Below are positions 8,087 to 17,868 of a DNA stretch of 64,000 nt, one piece after another. Numbering within the stretch: position 1 is the first letter of the stretch; each line of letters begins with the position of its first letter. Below the pieces are notes generated by a model. It did not search any database. It had not been told where the DNA came from and saw only the letters and a program-made list of their open reading frames with translations. A program made the position numbers and the translations under genes. Origin of the DNA: Candidatus Binatia bacterium. GTDB taxonomy: Bacteria; Desulfobacterota; Binatia; Bin18. Where the stretch lies: NCBI GenBank assembly GCA_963664395.2, contig OY761159.2, positions 800,001 through 864,000 on the forward strand, written 5' to 3'.

Positions 8087-11000
8087 ATGAATGCGCAGGC
8101 TACAACTCCGCACGACCACAAGTGGCAGATTTGGATCGACCGTGGCGGAACTTTTACCGATCTGGTGGCGCGTCGTCCTGACAGCAGCCTGGTAACGCAT
8201 AAATTGCTGTCGGCCAATCCTGAACGCTATCAGGATGCGGCGGTCCAGGGCATTCGCGATTTACTCGGAGTGGCTGGTGACGCGGCCATTCCGCCCGATA
8301 CGATTGCTCTGGTGAAGATGGGCACCACGGTCGCGACCAATGCCCTGCTGGAACGCACGGGCGACCGGACCGTGTTCGTGACCACCCAGGGGTTTGGGGA
8401 CGCCTTACGGATCGGCTATCAGAACCGCCCCGACCTGTTTGCCCGGCATATTGTCCTGCCGGAAATGCTGTACGAACGAGTGATCGAAGTCAGAGAGCGG
8501 ATTGACGCCCAGGGCGCGCTCGTCACCCCCCTGGATGAAGACGGCGCGCGGCGCAGCCTTCAGGCCGCCTATGCTGCCGGCATTCGCGCCGTGGCCATTG
8601 CCTTTGTGCATGGCTATCGGTACGCGGCGCATGAGGCCCGAGTCGCCGCCATTGCCACTGAGATCGGCTTTCAGCAAGTCTCGGTCTCACACGTGGTCAG
8701 CCCGTTGATGAAGCTGGTCTCACGCGGCGACACCACGGTGGTCGATGCCTATCTGTCACCGCTGCTGCGGCGCTATGTCGATCAGGTCGCGGGAGAACTG
8801 GAGGCGGAGCGCCAGTCCGGTCCCAGGCTGATGTTCATGCAGTCGAACGGCGGCCTGACCGATGCCCACCTGTTTCAGGGCAAGGACAGTATTTTATCCG
8901 GACCGGCCGGTGGGGTGATCGGCATGGTCCGGACCGCGTCGATGGCGGATTTTCGCAAAGTTATCGGCTTCGATATGGGCGGCACCTCGACCGATGTGTC
9001 GCACTATGACGGCGAATATGAGCGGACATTTGAGACCCTGGTCGCTGGCGTCCGCATGCGCGCCCCGATGATGCATATCCACACCGTCGCCGCGGGCGGA
9101 GGGTCTATCCTGCACTTTGATGGCGCCCGTTTTCGGGTTGGCCCGGACTCAGCCGGTGCAGACCCCGGGCCCGCGTGCTATCAGCGCGGCGGCCCACTCA
9201 CCGTGACCGACTGCAACGTCATGCTGGGCAAGCTGCAAGCGGCCTTCTTTCCCGCAGTGTTTGGCCCGAACGCGGATCAAGCTTTGGATGCGCAAATCGT
9301 TCGAGAACAGTTTGTGTCCTTGGCAGCAGAAATCGCCAGTGCCACGGACAATGCGGTCCAGTCGCCTGAGGCTGTAGCCGCCGGTTTTCTGCGCATCGCG
9401 GTGGAAAATATGGCGAATGCCATCAAGAAAATTTCCGTTCAGCGCGGCTACGATGTGACGGAATATACCCTGAACTGCTTTGGTGGGGCCGCCGGCCAGC
9501 ACGCCTGTCTGGTCGCAGACGCGCTGGGCATGAAGACCGTCTTTCTGCATCCCTTTGCCGGGGTGTTGTCGGCCTATGGGATGGGTCTGGCAGACGTGCG
9601 GGCGCTGCGCGAGCGGCAGATCGAACAGCCGCTCGCGGCCACCGCCATACCCGTATTGGAAACGGCCTGTGCGGAACTCGGCGACGAGGCCGGCGACGAG
9701 ATTCTGGCGCAAGGGATATCTGCCGATCGACTCAGCCTGCATAAACGAGTCCATCTGCGCTACCAGGGAACTGACACCGCCCTCCAGGTGGACTTGGCTG
9801 ACCTCGGCGGCATGCGGGCCGCGTTTGAGGCCACCCACAAGCAGCGCTTTGGCTTTATCGTCACAGCACGACAACTGGTCGCCGAGGCGGTCTCGGTCGA
9901 AGCGGTCGGCACAACGGAGCCTGTTGACGACGCCGAGCTGCCGGCGGCTGAGGGCCAGGCCGCGCAGCCGCTGCAGCAGGTCCGGGCGTATATGGACGAC
10001 GCCTGGCGGGACACGCCGGTATTCCGGCGCGCGCAGCTCCAACCGGGCCAGCGTATTCCCGGCCCGGCCATTATTTGTGAGCCCACGGCAACGACAGTGG
10101 TTGAACCGGAGTGGCAAGCCGAGCTGAACCGCTATGGCCATCTGCTCCTCACCCGTCTGAAACCGCCATCACACCGGGTGGCGATTGGCACTAAGCCTGC
10201 CCTGAGCACGGGCGAAGGGGCCGACCCGGTCATGCTGGAGGTGTTCAACAACCTCTTTATGTCGATCGCCGAGCAGATGGGCGCGACGCTGGCCAATACC
10301 GCCTACTCGGTGAATATCAAGGAACGGCTGGATTTCTCGTGCGCCATTTTCGCACCGGACGGGAGCCTGGTCGCCAATGCCCCCCACGTGCCTGTCCATC
10401 TTGGTTCCATGGGCGAGTCGATTAAAACCGTCATCAAGGCCAACCAGGGCACAATGCGGTCAGGCGATGTCTATGTCCTCAACGCGCCCTATAACGGCGG
10501 TACGCATTTGCCTGATGTCACGGTCATTACGCCCGTATTTGACACCGGTGCAGACCGAATTTTGTTTTATGTTGGCGCACGTGGGCATCATGCCGATATC
10601 GGCGGACGCACCCCCGGCTCAGCCCCACCGGATAGTACAACCATTCACCAAGAGGGCGTACTGATCGACAACTTCCTCTTCGTCCGCCAGGGCCGCCTGC
10701 GCGAACAGGAGATGCGGCAACTGCTGGGTTCCGGCAGGTATCCTTGCCGGAATGTTGACCAGAACATGGCCGACCTGCGCGCCCAGCTCGCGGCCAACGA
10801 AACCGGGGTGCAGGAACTCAGGAAAATGGTCAAGCACTTTGGCATCGAGGTCGTGCACGCCTATATGCAGCACGTCCAGGACAACGCCGAAGAGTCCGTG
10901 CGCCGCGTGCTCGACGTCCTGACCGATGGCGCGTTCACTTACCCCATGGACAACGGCTGTCAGATTCGGGTCAGTATTCGGGTGGACAAAGCGGCCCGCC

Positions 11001-11761
11001 GGGCAACTATAGATTTCAGCGGCACCTCTTCCCAACACAGTGGCAACTACAATGCACCCGCAGCCGTGTGTAAAGCCGCCGCCCTGTATGTTTTTCGGAC
11101 ATTAGTGGATGACGCCATTCCGCTGAATGAAGGCTGTCTGAAACCGCTCGATATCATCATTCCGCCGCGCTCCATCATCAGCCCGGAATACCCGGCCGCG
11201 GTGATCGCCGGCAATACGGAGGTCTCGCAAGGGGTCACGGACGCCCTGTATGGCGCGCTCGGGGTGCTCGCCTCGTCACAGGGCACGGTCAACAATTTTG
11301 TGTATGGCAACGAGCAGTACCAAAACTACGAAACCATCTGCGGCGGCACCGGGGCCGGCCCTGACCATCCGGGCTGCGACGCGGTCCACAGCCATATGAC
11401 CAACACGCGCATGACCGACCCCGAGGTATTGGAGTGGCGCTTTCCGGTCCGGGTTGAGAGTTTTGCCATCCGCCCCGGTTCAGGCGGCGCAGGTCGGCAG
11501 CCGGGCGGCGCGGGGATTACCCGGCGGCTGCGGTTTTTAGAATCCATGATCGTCACCACCTTATGCAGCCACCGCCTGACCGAACCGTATGGACTGGCCG
11601 GCGGGCAGGCCGGGGAGCGGGGTCGCGATACGGTCGAGCGTGCAGATGGAAGCATTGAAGAACTCGCCGGCAACGCGGAAACGCTGATGCAGCCGGACGA
11701 CGTATTTGTCATGCATACGCCGGGCGGGGGCGGTTTTGGGCCGCCGGATGAAGCCGAGTAG
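8087..11761 (+). CDS. oplA: 5-oxoprolinase (fused hydantoinase A/B)
   Basis: IDRGGTFTD, MGTTVATNALLER, DMGGTSTD, NIKERLDFSCA, HLGSM, TPGGGGFG; 1224 aa. Confidence 0.92.
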   Translation: MNAQATTPHDHKWQIWIDRGGTFTDLVARRPDSSLVTHKLLSANPERYQDAAVQGIRDLLGVAGDAAIPPDTIALVKMGTTVATNALLERTGDRTVFVTTQGFGDALRIGYQNRPDLFARHIVLPEMLYERVIEVRERIDAQGALVTPLDEDGARRSLQAAYAAGIRAVAIAFVHGYRYAAHEARVAAIATEIGFQQVSVSHVVSPLMKLVSRGDTTVVDAYLSPLLRRYVDQVAGELEAERQSGPRLMFMQSNGGLTDAHLFQGKDSILSGPAGGVIGMVRTASMADFRKVIGFDMGGTSTDVSHYDGEYERTFETLVAGVRMRAPMMHIHTVAAGGGSILHFDGARFRVGPDSAGADPGPACYQRGGPLTVTDCNVMLGKLQAAFFPAVFGPNADQALDAQIVREQFVSLAAEIASATDNAVQSPEAVAAGFLRIAVENMANAIKKISVQRGYDVTEYTLNCFGGAAGQHACLVADALGMKTVFLHPFAGVLSAYGMGLADVRALRERQIEQPLAATAIPVLETACAELGDEAGDEILAQGISADRLSLHKRVHLRYQGTDTALQVDLADLGGMRAAFEATHKQRFGFIVTARQLVAEAVSVEAVGTTEPVDDAELPAAEGQAAQPLQQVRAYMDDAWRDTPVFRRAQLQPGQRIPGPAIICEPTATTVVEPEWQAELNRYGHLLLTRLKPPSHRVAIGTKPALSTGEGADPVMLEVFNNLFMSIAEQMGATLANTAYSVNIKERLDFSCAIFAPDGSLVANAPHVPVHLGSMGESIKTVIKANQGTMRSGDVYVLNAPYNGGTHLPDVTVITPVFDTGADRILFYVGARGHHADIGGRTPGSAPPDSTTIHQEGVLIDNFLFVRQGRLREQEMRQLLGSGRYPCRNVDQNMADLRAQLAANETGVQELRKMVKHFGIEVVHAYMQHVQDNAEESVRRVLDVLTDGAFTYPMDNGCQIRVSIRVDKAARRATIDFSGTSSQHSGNYNAPAAVCKAAALYVFRTLVDDAIPLNEGCLKPLDIIIPPRSIISPEYPAAVIAGNTEVSQGVTDALYGALGVLASSQGTVNNFVYGNEQYQNYETICGGTGAGPDHPGCDAVHSHMTNTRMTDPEVLEWRFPVRVESFAIRPGSGGAGRQPGGAGITRRLRFLESMIVTTLCSHRLTEPYGLAGGQAGERGRDTVERADGSIEELAGNAETLMQPDDVFVMHTPGGGGFGPPDEAE

Positions 11762-11814
11762 CTATTCCAAGGCCAGTGTGGTTGGCGTACGAGGCAGAGA
11801 CGCGGTACGGTGCG

Positions 11815-12246
11815 TCAGGACGGATTGTCTCCCTCTGGGACCTCGGCGACGGTGAGGGCAACTTCTTGTCCATGGGCGATTTCAAGGGTGTGCCCGTCCG
11901 GGTCGGCCAGAAAGGCCCAATAGCCGATCGGATAGCCTGAATCTGTCGGCCCCGAGCGCAAACAGCCGGCCTGCCGGGCGTGTTCACATAGAGCATCGAC
12001 TTCCTGGCGGGTAGCACAGCCCACCCCGAGATGGGCCAGGGGCAGCAAGGGAGCATCCACCCGAGGCGACTGGATGAGGACGATCACAAAGGGACGGGTG
12101 CGGTCACTCAGCCACACGACCTGTGTTCCATCCGGATCGGTCCGGCGGTGGACGACCTGCATATGGGCATATGTCGCATAGAAGGCAAGACTCTCCTCCA
12201 TGTTGGTGACTGGAAGTGCGATATGAGTCAGTCCGATATCAGACAT
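11815..12246 (-). CDS. VOC/glyoxalase family protein
   Basis: LTHIALPV..MEESLAFY, HLGVG, ADPDGHTLEI. Confidence 0.88.
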   Translation of the reverse strand: MSDIGLTHIALPVTNMEESLAFYATYAHMQVVHRRTDPDGTQVVWLSDRTRPFVIVLIQSPRVDAPLLPLAHLGVGCATRQEVDALCEHARQAGCLRSGPTDSGYPIGYWAFLADPDGHTLEIAHGQEVALTVAEVPEGDNPS

Positions 12247-12358
12247 AGTGATACTCCTTCTTGAGTCACCCTCCTGCATGAGAAAAGATTGTACGCCAGT
12301 TGGAGGAAGGGGAGCGAGCTGCTAATAATTCCGTACCATCAAGAGAGAGGAGATTTCT

Positions 12359-13543
12359 ATGAGAGAAGCTGTCATCGTATCGACTGCCCGGACGCCAATT
12401 GGGAAAGCCTATCGTGGCGCATTCAATGACACCACGACCCCGACCATGGCCGCGCCGGTGATTCAGGAAGCAATTCATCGTGCTCAGGTAGAGGTCGGTG
12501 AGATTGACGACCTGATTATGGGCGCCGCGCTCCAGGAAGGCACCCAGGGGTATAACGTAGCTCGGCAGTGCGGCATCGCTGCGGGGTTGCCGATGAGCGT
12601 CTCCGGCCAAACCATTGATCGTCAATGCTCTTCAGGGCTGATGAGCATTTCCATGGCGGCTAAACAGATTATTGCCGATGGCATGCAGACCGTTGTGGCC
12701 GGCGGCTTGGAGTCCATCAGCCTGGTCCAGAACGACCATCAGAACGAATACCGGAATGAAGATTCTGTGGCCCTGGAGAAGGCCCCGGACCTGTATATGG
12801 CCATGATAGACACCGCCGAGGTGGTCTCAAAGCGCTACAATATCTCCCGTGAAGCGCAGGATGAGTACGCACTCCAGAGTCAGCAGCGCACGGCCGACGC
12901 GCAGCAGGCCGGACGGTTCGACGACGAGATCATTCCGAGCACTGTTACCAAGCTGTTCACGGATAAAGAGACGGGCGAGACCACGCGCCAGGAAATGACC
13001 CTTGCGCGGGACGAATGCAACCGTCCGGGTACTAATGCGGCCGGTTTGGCCGCGCTGCGGCCGGTCATGGGAGAAGGCGGCTTCATTACTGCCGGTAATG
13101 CCAGCCAGTTGTCGGACGGCGTATCGGTCTGCGTCCTTATGGAACGCAAGCAGGCTGAACAACGTGGCCTCCAGCCCTTGGGCGTGTATCGTGGCATGGC
13201 CGTTGCCGGTTGCGAGCCGGACGAGATGGGCATTGGTCCGGTCTTTGCCGTGCCCAAGCTGCTCGAACGCAACGGCTTGACCATGGACGATATCGACCTG
13301 TGGGAACTGAACGAAGCCTTCGCCTGCCAAGTGCTCTATTGCCGTGACCAACTCGGCATTCCCAACGAACGGCTGAACGTGAACGGCGGGGCGATCTCGA
13401 TTGGCCATCCCTATGGCATGAGCGGCTCACGCATGGTCGGCCATGCGCTCATAGAGGGCAAACGGCGCGGCGTGAAGAACGTCGTCATCACCATGTGTGT
13501 CGGTGGCGGTATGGGTGCGGCAGGACTGTTTGAGGTCGCGTGA
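12359..13543 (+). CDS. Acetyl-CoA C-acyltransferase (thiolase)
   Basis: [27 protein letters not shown]. Confidence 0.95.
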   Translation: MREAVIVSTARTPIGKAYRGAFNDTTTPTMAAPVIQEAIHRAQVEVGEIDDLIMGAALQEGTQGYNVARQCGIAAGLPMSVSGQTIDRQCSSGLMSISMAAKQIIADGMQTVVAGGLESISLVQNDHQNEYRNEDSVALEKAPDLYMAMIDTAEVVSKRYNISREAQDEYALQSQQRTADAQQAGRFDDEIIPSTVTKLFTDKETGETTRQEMTLARDECNRPGTNAAGLAALRPVMGEGGFITAGNASQLSDGVSVCVLMERKQAEQRGLQPLGVYRGMAVAGCEPDEMGIGPVFAVPKLLERNGLTMDDIDLWELNEAFACQVLYCRDQLGIPNERLNVNGGAISIGHPYGMSGSRMVGHALIEGKRRGVKNVVITMCVGGGMGAAGLFEVA

Positions 13544-13564
13544 GCCCCGATTCAGACTCTTCCT

Positions 13565-13584
13565 ATCCCCTCCTTGGAGGGGAT
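13565..13584. repeat. REP-like palindrome ATCCCCTCC-TT-GGAGGGGAT
   Basis: Perfect inverted repeat; related copy at 25231-25247. Confidence 0.6.
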
Positions 13585-13612
13585 TTTACTCTACTCAGCC
13601 AAGGAGGAAGTT

Positions 13613-13939
13613 ATGGCACAAGAACCAGTCGCAACCATGCGCGAAAAAGCCCGGAAAGTGGCGCCCAAGCTGATTGACCTGACCGAGAAAGTCTTATTTG
13701 GCGACGTGTGGGAACGCTCGGGTTTATCCAAACGCGACCGCAGCCTCATCACCGTGGCGGCGCTCATGTCCACCTACCGTCCCGAGCAACTCCGTCCGCA
13801 TCTTCAGCGCGCCTTGGACAACGGCGTCACCCAGGAAGAAATCGGAGAACTCATTACACACTTGGCGTTTTACTCCGGCTGGCCAACCGCCATGACGGCC
13901 GCCGGCATTGCCAATGATGTTTTTGAGCAGCAGGAATAG
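13613..13939 (+). CDS. Carboxymuconolactone decarboxylase family protein
   Basis: LFGDVWER..LSKRDRSLITVAAL, HLAFYSGWP; AGGAGG RBS. Confidence 0.9.
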   Translation: MAQEPVATMREKARKVAPKLIDLTEKVLFGDVWERSGLSKRDRSLITVAALMSTYRPEQLRPHLQRALDNGVTQEEIGELITHLAFYSGWPTAMTAAGIANDVFEQQE

Positions 13940-13946
13940 TCCGGCT

Positions 13947-14972
13947 TCATCGCGGTCGCGGCCAGATGCCTGGGACCGCGGTCGCAAGCCATTTCACTAA
14001 AGCGGCGTTGACTTCCGTCGGTTTTTCCTGGGCCATCCAGTGGCCGGAGCGGATCGTCTCTTCAGACAGCTTCCGGCAGTAGGTGCGCATGGGCTCGGCC
14101 AGGCGCGAGTGGACGCACTCACACACGAAGTCGTATTGGGCGGTCAGGAACAACACCGGCATATCGAGATAGCCGTCGTTATGGGCGGTCTCGACGTAGG
14201 CCGTATTGACCGGGTGATTCATATACCACGAAGAGGGACCGAAGAAGCCGTTGCGTTCGAGCGCAGAGGCATAGATGCGCAGGTCTTCTTCAGTGACCAC
14301 ATCGACATCACGCGGCAAATCGGGGATCTCGGCCATACCAAGCATACTATGATCGCGACGTGCGGTTGAGGTGATGGCCGGCTGGCCCTCGCCTTCGGGG
14401 TTGCCTTTCCGAAACAGTAGTTTGACGAATCGATAGGCCTGGGCATCCATCGGGGCGATGGCCTCGGGAAAACTCTCTTCGTAGTAGCGCATATAATCCC
14501 ACTGGCCGGCAGGATAGGTATCCTCAGGATAGAGGTCGCGGTCCACCAGGGCCAGCGTATGCTCAAGCCCGCGCTCAAGGGTGTAGTAGGGGACACACAG
14601 ATTTGCGACCGCATGACACCGGTCCGGATGATGACTGGCCATGTTCCACACCACCGGACTGCCCCAATCATGACCGACCCAGACGGCTTTCTCCCGCCCC
14701 AACGAGTCTAACAATTCCAGCATGTCACATATGATATGCTCTTGCGCATAATCGCTGTGTTGCGCATACACAGACGAACGGCCATAGCCGCGCATGTCCG
14801 GTGCTATGGCCCGAAAACCCAGCGCAGCCAAAGCCGGCAGTTGGTGGCGCCAGCTTATGGACAGCTCAGGCCAGCCGTGAGCGAAGATGACAAGCGGCCC
14901 CTCTTCGGGACCGGCGGCGAGATAAAAAGTCGTATGTCTGTCAGTTTTGACGGTATGTTCGGTAATGGTCAT
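13947..14972 (-). CDS. Alpha/beta hydrolase, epoxide hydrolase-like
   Basis: HGWPE, PDMRGYGRS, GHDWG, GHWMAQEKP. Confidence 0.9.
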   Translation of the reverse strand: MTITEHTVKTDRHTTFYLAAGPEEGPLVIFAHGWPELSISWRHQLPALAALGFRAIAPDMRGYGRSSVYAQHSDYAQEHIICDMLELLDSLGREKAVWVGHDWGSPVVWNMASHHPDRCHAVANLCVPYYTLERGLEHTLALVDRDLYPEDTYPAGQWDYMRYYEESFPEAIAPMDAQAYRFVKLLFRKGNPEGEGQPAITSTARRDHSMLGMAEIPDLPRDVDVVTEEDLRIYASALERNGFFGPSSWYMNHPVNTAYVETAHNDGYLDMPVLFLTAQYDFVCECVHSRLAEPMRTYCRKLSEETIRSGHWMAQEKPTEVNAALVKWLATAVPGIWPRPR

Positions 14973-15188
14973 ATATGCTCTCCTTTATGCTCTCCTTGAT
15001 ACTTCGATACTTCGCTGTGCATCCCACGGTTGAAAAGATAAACGAAGAATTGATAATGACCAAGCCTTCTACAGGCAGCAGTAAACGAGGAGCGAATCGT
15101 AGCGTATGATTCTACCCTTGAGATGAGTGGAGAGTAGATTCATCAGTATTCAATCACAGCACAAAACACGAGCCAGATTGGAGAAGAC

Positions 15189-16196
15189 ATGGAGTACGCA
15201 AAGCTTGGCAATACGGGGATGACTATTTCGCGCATCTGTATGGGATGTATGAGCTATGGGGATGGCAAATGGCGTGAGTGGACCATTGGGGAAGACGAGG
15301 CGCGTGAACACTTCGCTCTCGCCCTTGAATCGGGCATTACCTTTTTCGATACCGCGGATGTCTATTCGATTGGCGTGAGCGAAGAGATTACCGGCAAATG
15401 GCTGGGTGAGATGGCCTCGCGCGACGATATTGTCTTGGCGACCAAGGTCAACGGGCCCATGGGCGATGGCCCGAACCGACGGGGGCTGAGCCGTAAACAT
15501 ATCATCGAGGCCTGCGAGTATTCCCTGCGCCGACTCAAAATGGACTATATCGACCTGTATCAGATTCACCGCTGGGACTTTTCCACGCCGATTGAAGAAA
15601 CGCTGGAAGCGCTTGATAGCCTCGTCCGCACCGGCAAAGTACGCTACCTCGGAGCCAGCAGCATGGCCGCCTGGCAGTTCTCCAAGGCGCTCTACGCGGC
15701 CAAAGAGCATGGCTGGCATCGTTTTGTCTCGATGCAGAACCACTACAACCTGATCTACCGCGAAGAAGAACGCGAAATGAATCCGCTGTGTATCGACCAG
15801 GGCGTTGCGCTCATTCCGTGGAGCCCGCTCGCACGTGGCTATTTTGCCGGTAACCGCACAAAAGTAGAGGGAGAAGGCCCGACAAAGCGGGCGCAAACCG
15901 ACCTGATGACACGCCGGATGTACTTCAACGACAGCGACGAAGAAGTGGCCGCCGCCGTGCAAAAAGTCGCCCAAGAGCGGGGCGTGTCACCGACTCAGAT
16001 TGCCTGCGCCTGGGTGCTTCAGTCACCGGGGGTGGCAGCCCCTATCATCGGTGCAACCAAGGCGCATCACCTCAAGGAAATCTTTGAGACGGTTGATATC
16101 AAACTCAGCCCTGAGGAAGTGGCGGCCATGGAAGAGCCCTACCGGCCGCATCCGATTCTGGGCCATACGCAACCCGACCCCAAGCGGATGGGGTAG
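15189..16196 (+). CDS. Aldo/keto reductase
   Basis: FDTADVYS, ATKV, DYIDLYQIHRWD, PWSPLARG, PIIGATK. Confidence 0.93.
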   Translation: MEYAKLGNTGMTISRICMGCMSYGDGKWREWTIGEDEAREHFALALESGITFFDTADVYSIGVSEEITGKWLGEMASRDDIVLATKVNGPMGDGPNRRGLSRKHIIEACEYSLRRLKMDYIDLYQIHRWDFSTPIEETLEALDSLVRTGKVRYLGASSMAAWQFSKALYAAKEHGWHRFVSMQNHYNLIYREEEREMNPLCIDQGVALIPWSPLARGYFAGNRTKVEGEGPTKRAQTDLMTRRMYFNDSDEEVAAAVQKVAQERGVSPTQIACAWVLQSPGVAAPIIGATKAHHLKEIFETVDIKLSPEEVAAMEEPYRPHPILGHTQPDPKRMG

Positions 16197-16211
16197 GAGC
16201 GATCAGTACGG

Positions 16212-17801
16212 TCAGGCCCCTCCTTCCTTCTCAAACCCACACCCCAAGCCCGTTCTGCCAACTTTGCGTCGGACTTCGTCGAGCGAGAGACGGAAATACA
16301 CAGGACGGTTGTGGGCGCAGGCGTGGGGGTTGGTCGTTTGGGTCCAGGCGTTGAGGAGACGGCCTTGCGCTTCGCGGTCGAGGAGCTGGCCGGCTTTGAT
16401 TGCCCCCAGACACGACAGCGATTGATGCATGTCTTCTTTTTGATTGCGCACGCGCGTGACAAGTCGTGAGAAGGTCAGCCCGGACGTTCTGGGATCAAGA
16501 AAGTCGGGGATCGCACGCAGAGCCAGTACGTGCGGGCCAAAGAGTTCGGCGCTAAAGCCGCCCGCTGCAAACGCTTCAGCCTGGTCGTCAAAGAACGCAT
16601 GTTCTTCGGCTGAGAGCTGGACGACTTGAGGCGAGATGAGGGATCGACTCTGAACCTGTCCGTTTTGAAGCCGTTCGTACAGCACGCGCTCTTCGGCGGC
16701 GTGCTGGTCCAGCAGATACAAATGTCCTTCAGACAAGGTCAGTAAAAACGTGTCTTCTATTTGACCAACGAGAGAGAAGCCGTTGTTCTGGTCTTCTCCA
16801 TATGACACCCCATCTTCGGCAACATATGGCGTCGAGAGCCAGCTTGGGACGGATCGACGTTGGAGGCCACCTCGGACCAGATCATACACACTTGGATCGT
16901 CTCGAAAACGCACTTCAGCCTTGGCGGGATGGATATTCACATTAAGTTGGGACGGGTGCAATTCGACAAACAGACACACCATGCCGCCGTCGTTCCCCGA
17001 GGTATCCCGCACAACGCGATAGAGCGTAGCATTGCGCACTGAACGTCGATTGACAAAAAAGTAGTAGCGACGGCGCCAGGCTTCCTCTTGCGTCACAAGA
17101 AATCCCCACGCGCGTCCATTCAGACCCGTGTTCTCAAACTCCTCCATGCGGGAGGCTGTTTCGTGGCCAAAGCAAGCAGCCACACGCTCCTGGAGCGAGA
17201 CAGACGGGAAGTTGTAGACCTCGCGGCCATCAAAGGAGAGCGAGAGGGTTTTTTCGGGAAACGCCAGGGCAAAGCGCGTGAACACCCCCATGATGTGGCC
17301 GTACTCAGTCCGCAAACTGCGCATGAACTGGAGCCGGACGGGCGTATTGTAAAACAGGTCATAGACCTCGACACTGGTCCCAACTGGTGCTCCGGCCTCT
17401 TGAACGGGACTGAGTTCGCCGCCTTCACTCTTTACCTCAGCTCCCAACGTCGCATTGTGTGGACGACTCAGAATCCGTACCCGCGAGATCGCGGCAATGC
17501 TGGGTAACGCCTCCCCACGAAAGCCAAAGGTCTGTACGCGCGCAAGGTCTTGGTCATGCTGAATCTTACTTGTGGCAAACCGCTCACACGCCAGTGCCAC
17601 TTCGTCTGCCGCCAAGCCGGCACCATTATCAATCACCCGAATCAGCCGCCGCCCGGCCTCCTCAACCTCCACCCTGACGGTGCTTGCCCCCGCATCAAGG
17701 GCATTCTCCATGAGTTCTTTAACAACACTGGCGGGCCGCTCAATAACCTCACCAGCGGCGATCTTTTGCTGTACATCAGGGGGAAGGATACGGATAGGCA
17801 T
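16212..17801 (-). CDS. mutL: DNA mismatch repair endonuclease MutL (compact, 529 aa)
   Basis: IAAGEVIERPASVVKELMENALDAG, GFRGEAL, VNIHPAKAEV, DQHAAEERVLYE. Confidence 0.95.
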   Translation of the reverse strand: MPIRILPPDVQQKIAAGEVIERPASVVKELMENALDAGASTVRVEVEEAGRRLIRVIDNGAGLAADEVALACERFATSKIQHDQDLARVQTFGFRGEALPSIAAISRVRILSRPHNATLGAEVKSEGGELSPVQEAGAPVGTSVEVYDLFYNTPVRLQFMRSLRTEYGHIMGVFTRFALAFPEKTLSLSFDGREVYNFPSVSLQERVAACFGHETASRMEEFENTGLNGRAWGFLVTQEEAWRRRYYFFVNRRSVRNATLYRVVRDTSGNDGGMVCLFVELHPSQLNVNIHPAKAEVRFRDDPSVYDLVRGGLQRRSVPSWLSTPYVAEDGVSYGEDQNNGFSLVGQIEDTFLLTLSEGHLYLLDQHAAEERVLYERLQNGQVQSRSLISPQVVQLSAEEHAFFDDQAEAFAAGGFSAELFGPHVLALRAIPDFLDPRTSGLTFSRLVTRVRNQKEDMHQSLSCLGAIKAGQLLDREAQGRLLNAWTQTTNPHACAHNRPVYFRLSLDEVRRKVGRTGLGCGFEKEGGA

Positions 17802-17868
17802 GATTATGGTTCTACAAATTGAGGCATGGGATACACCCGATAAAAGAGCCGGAGCGGGTATGGAACGC

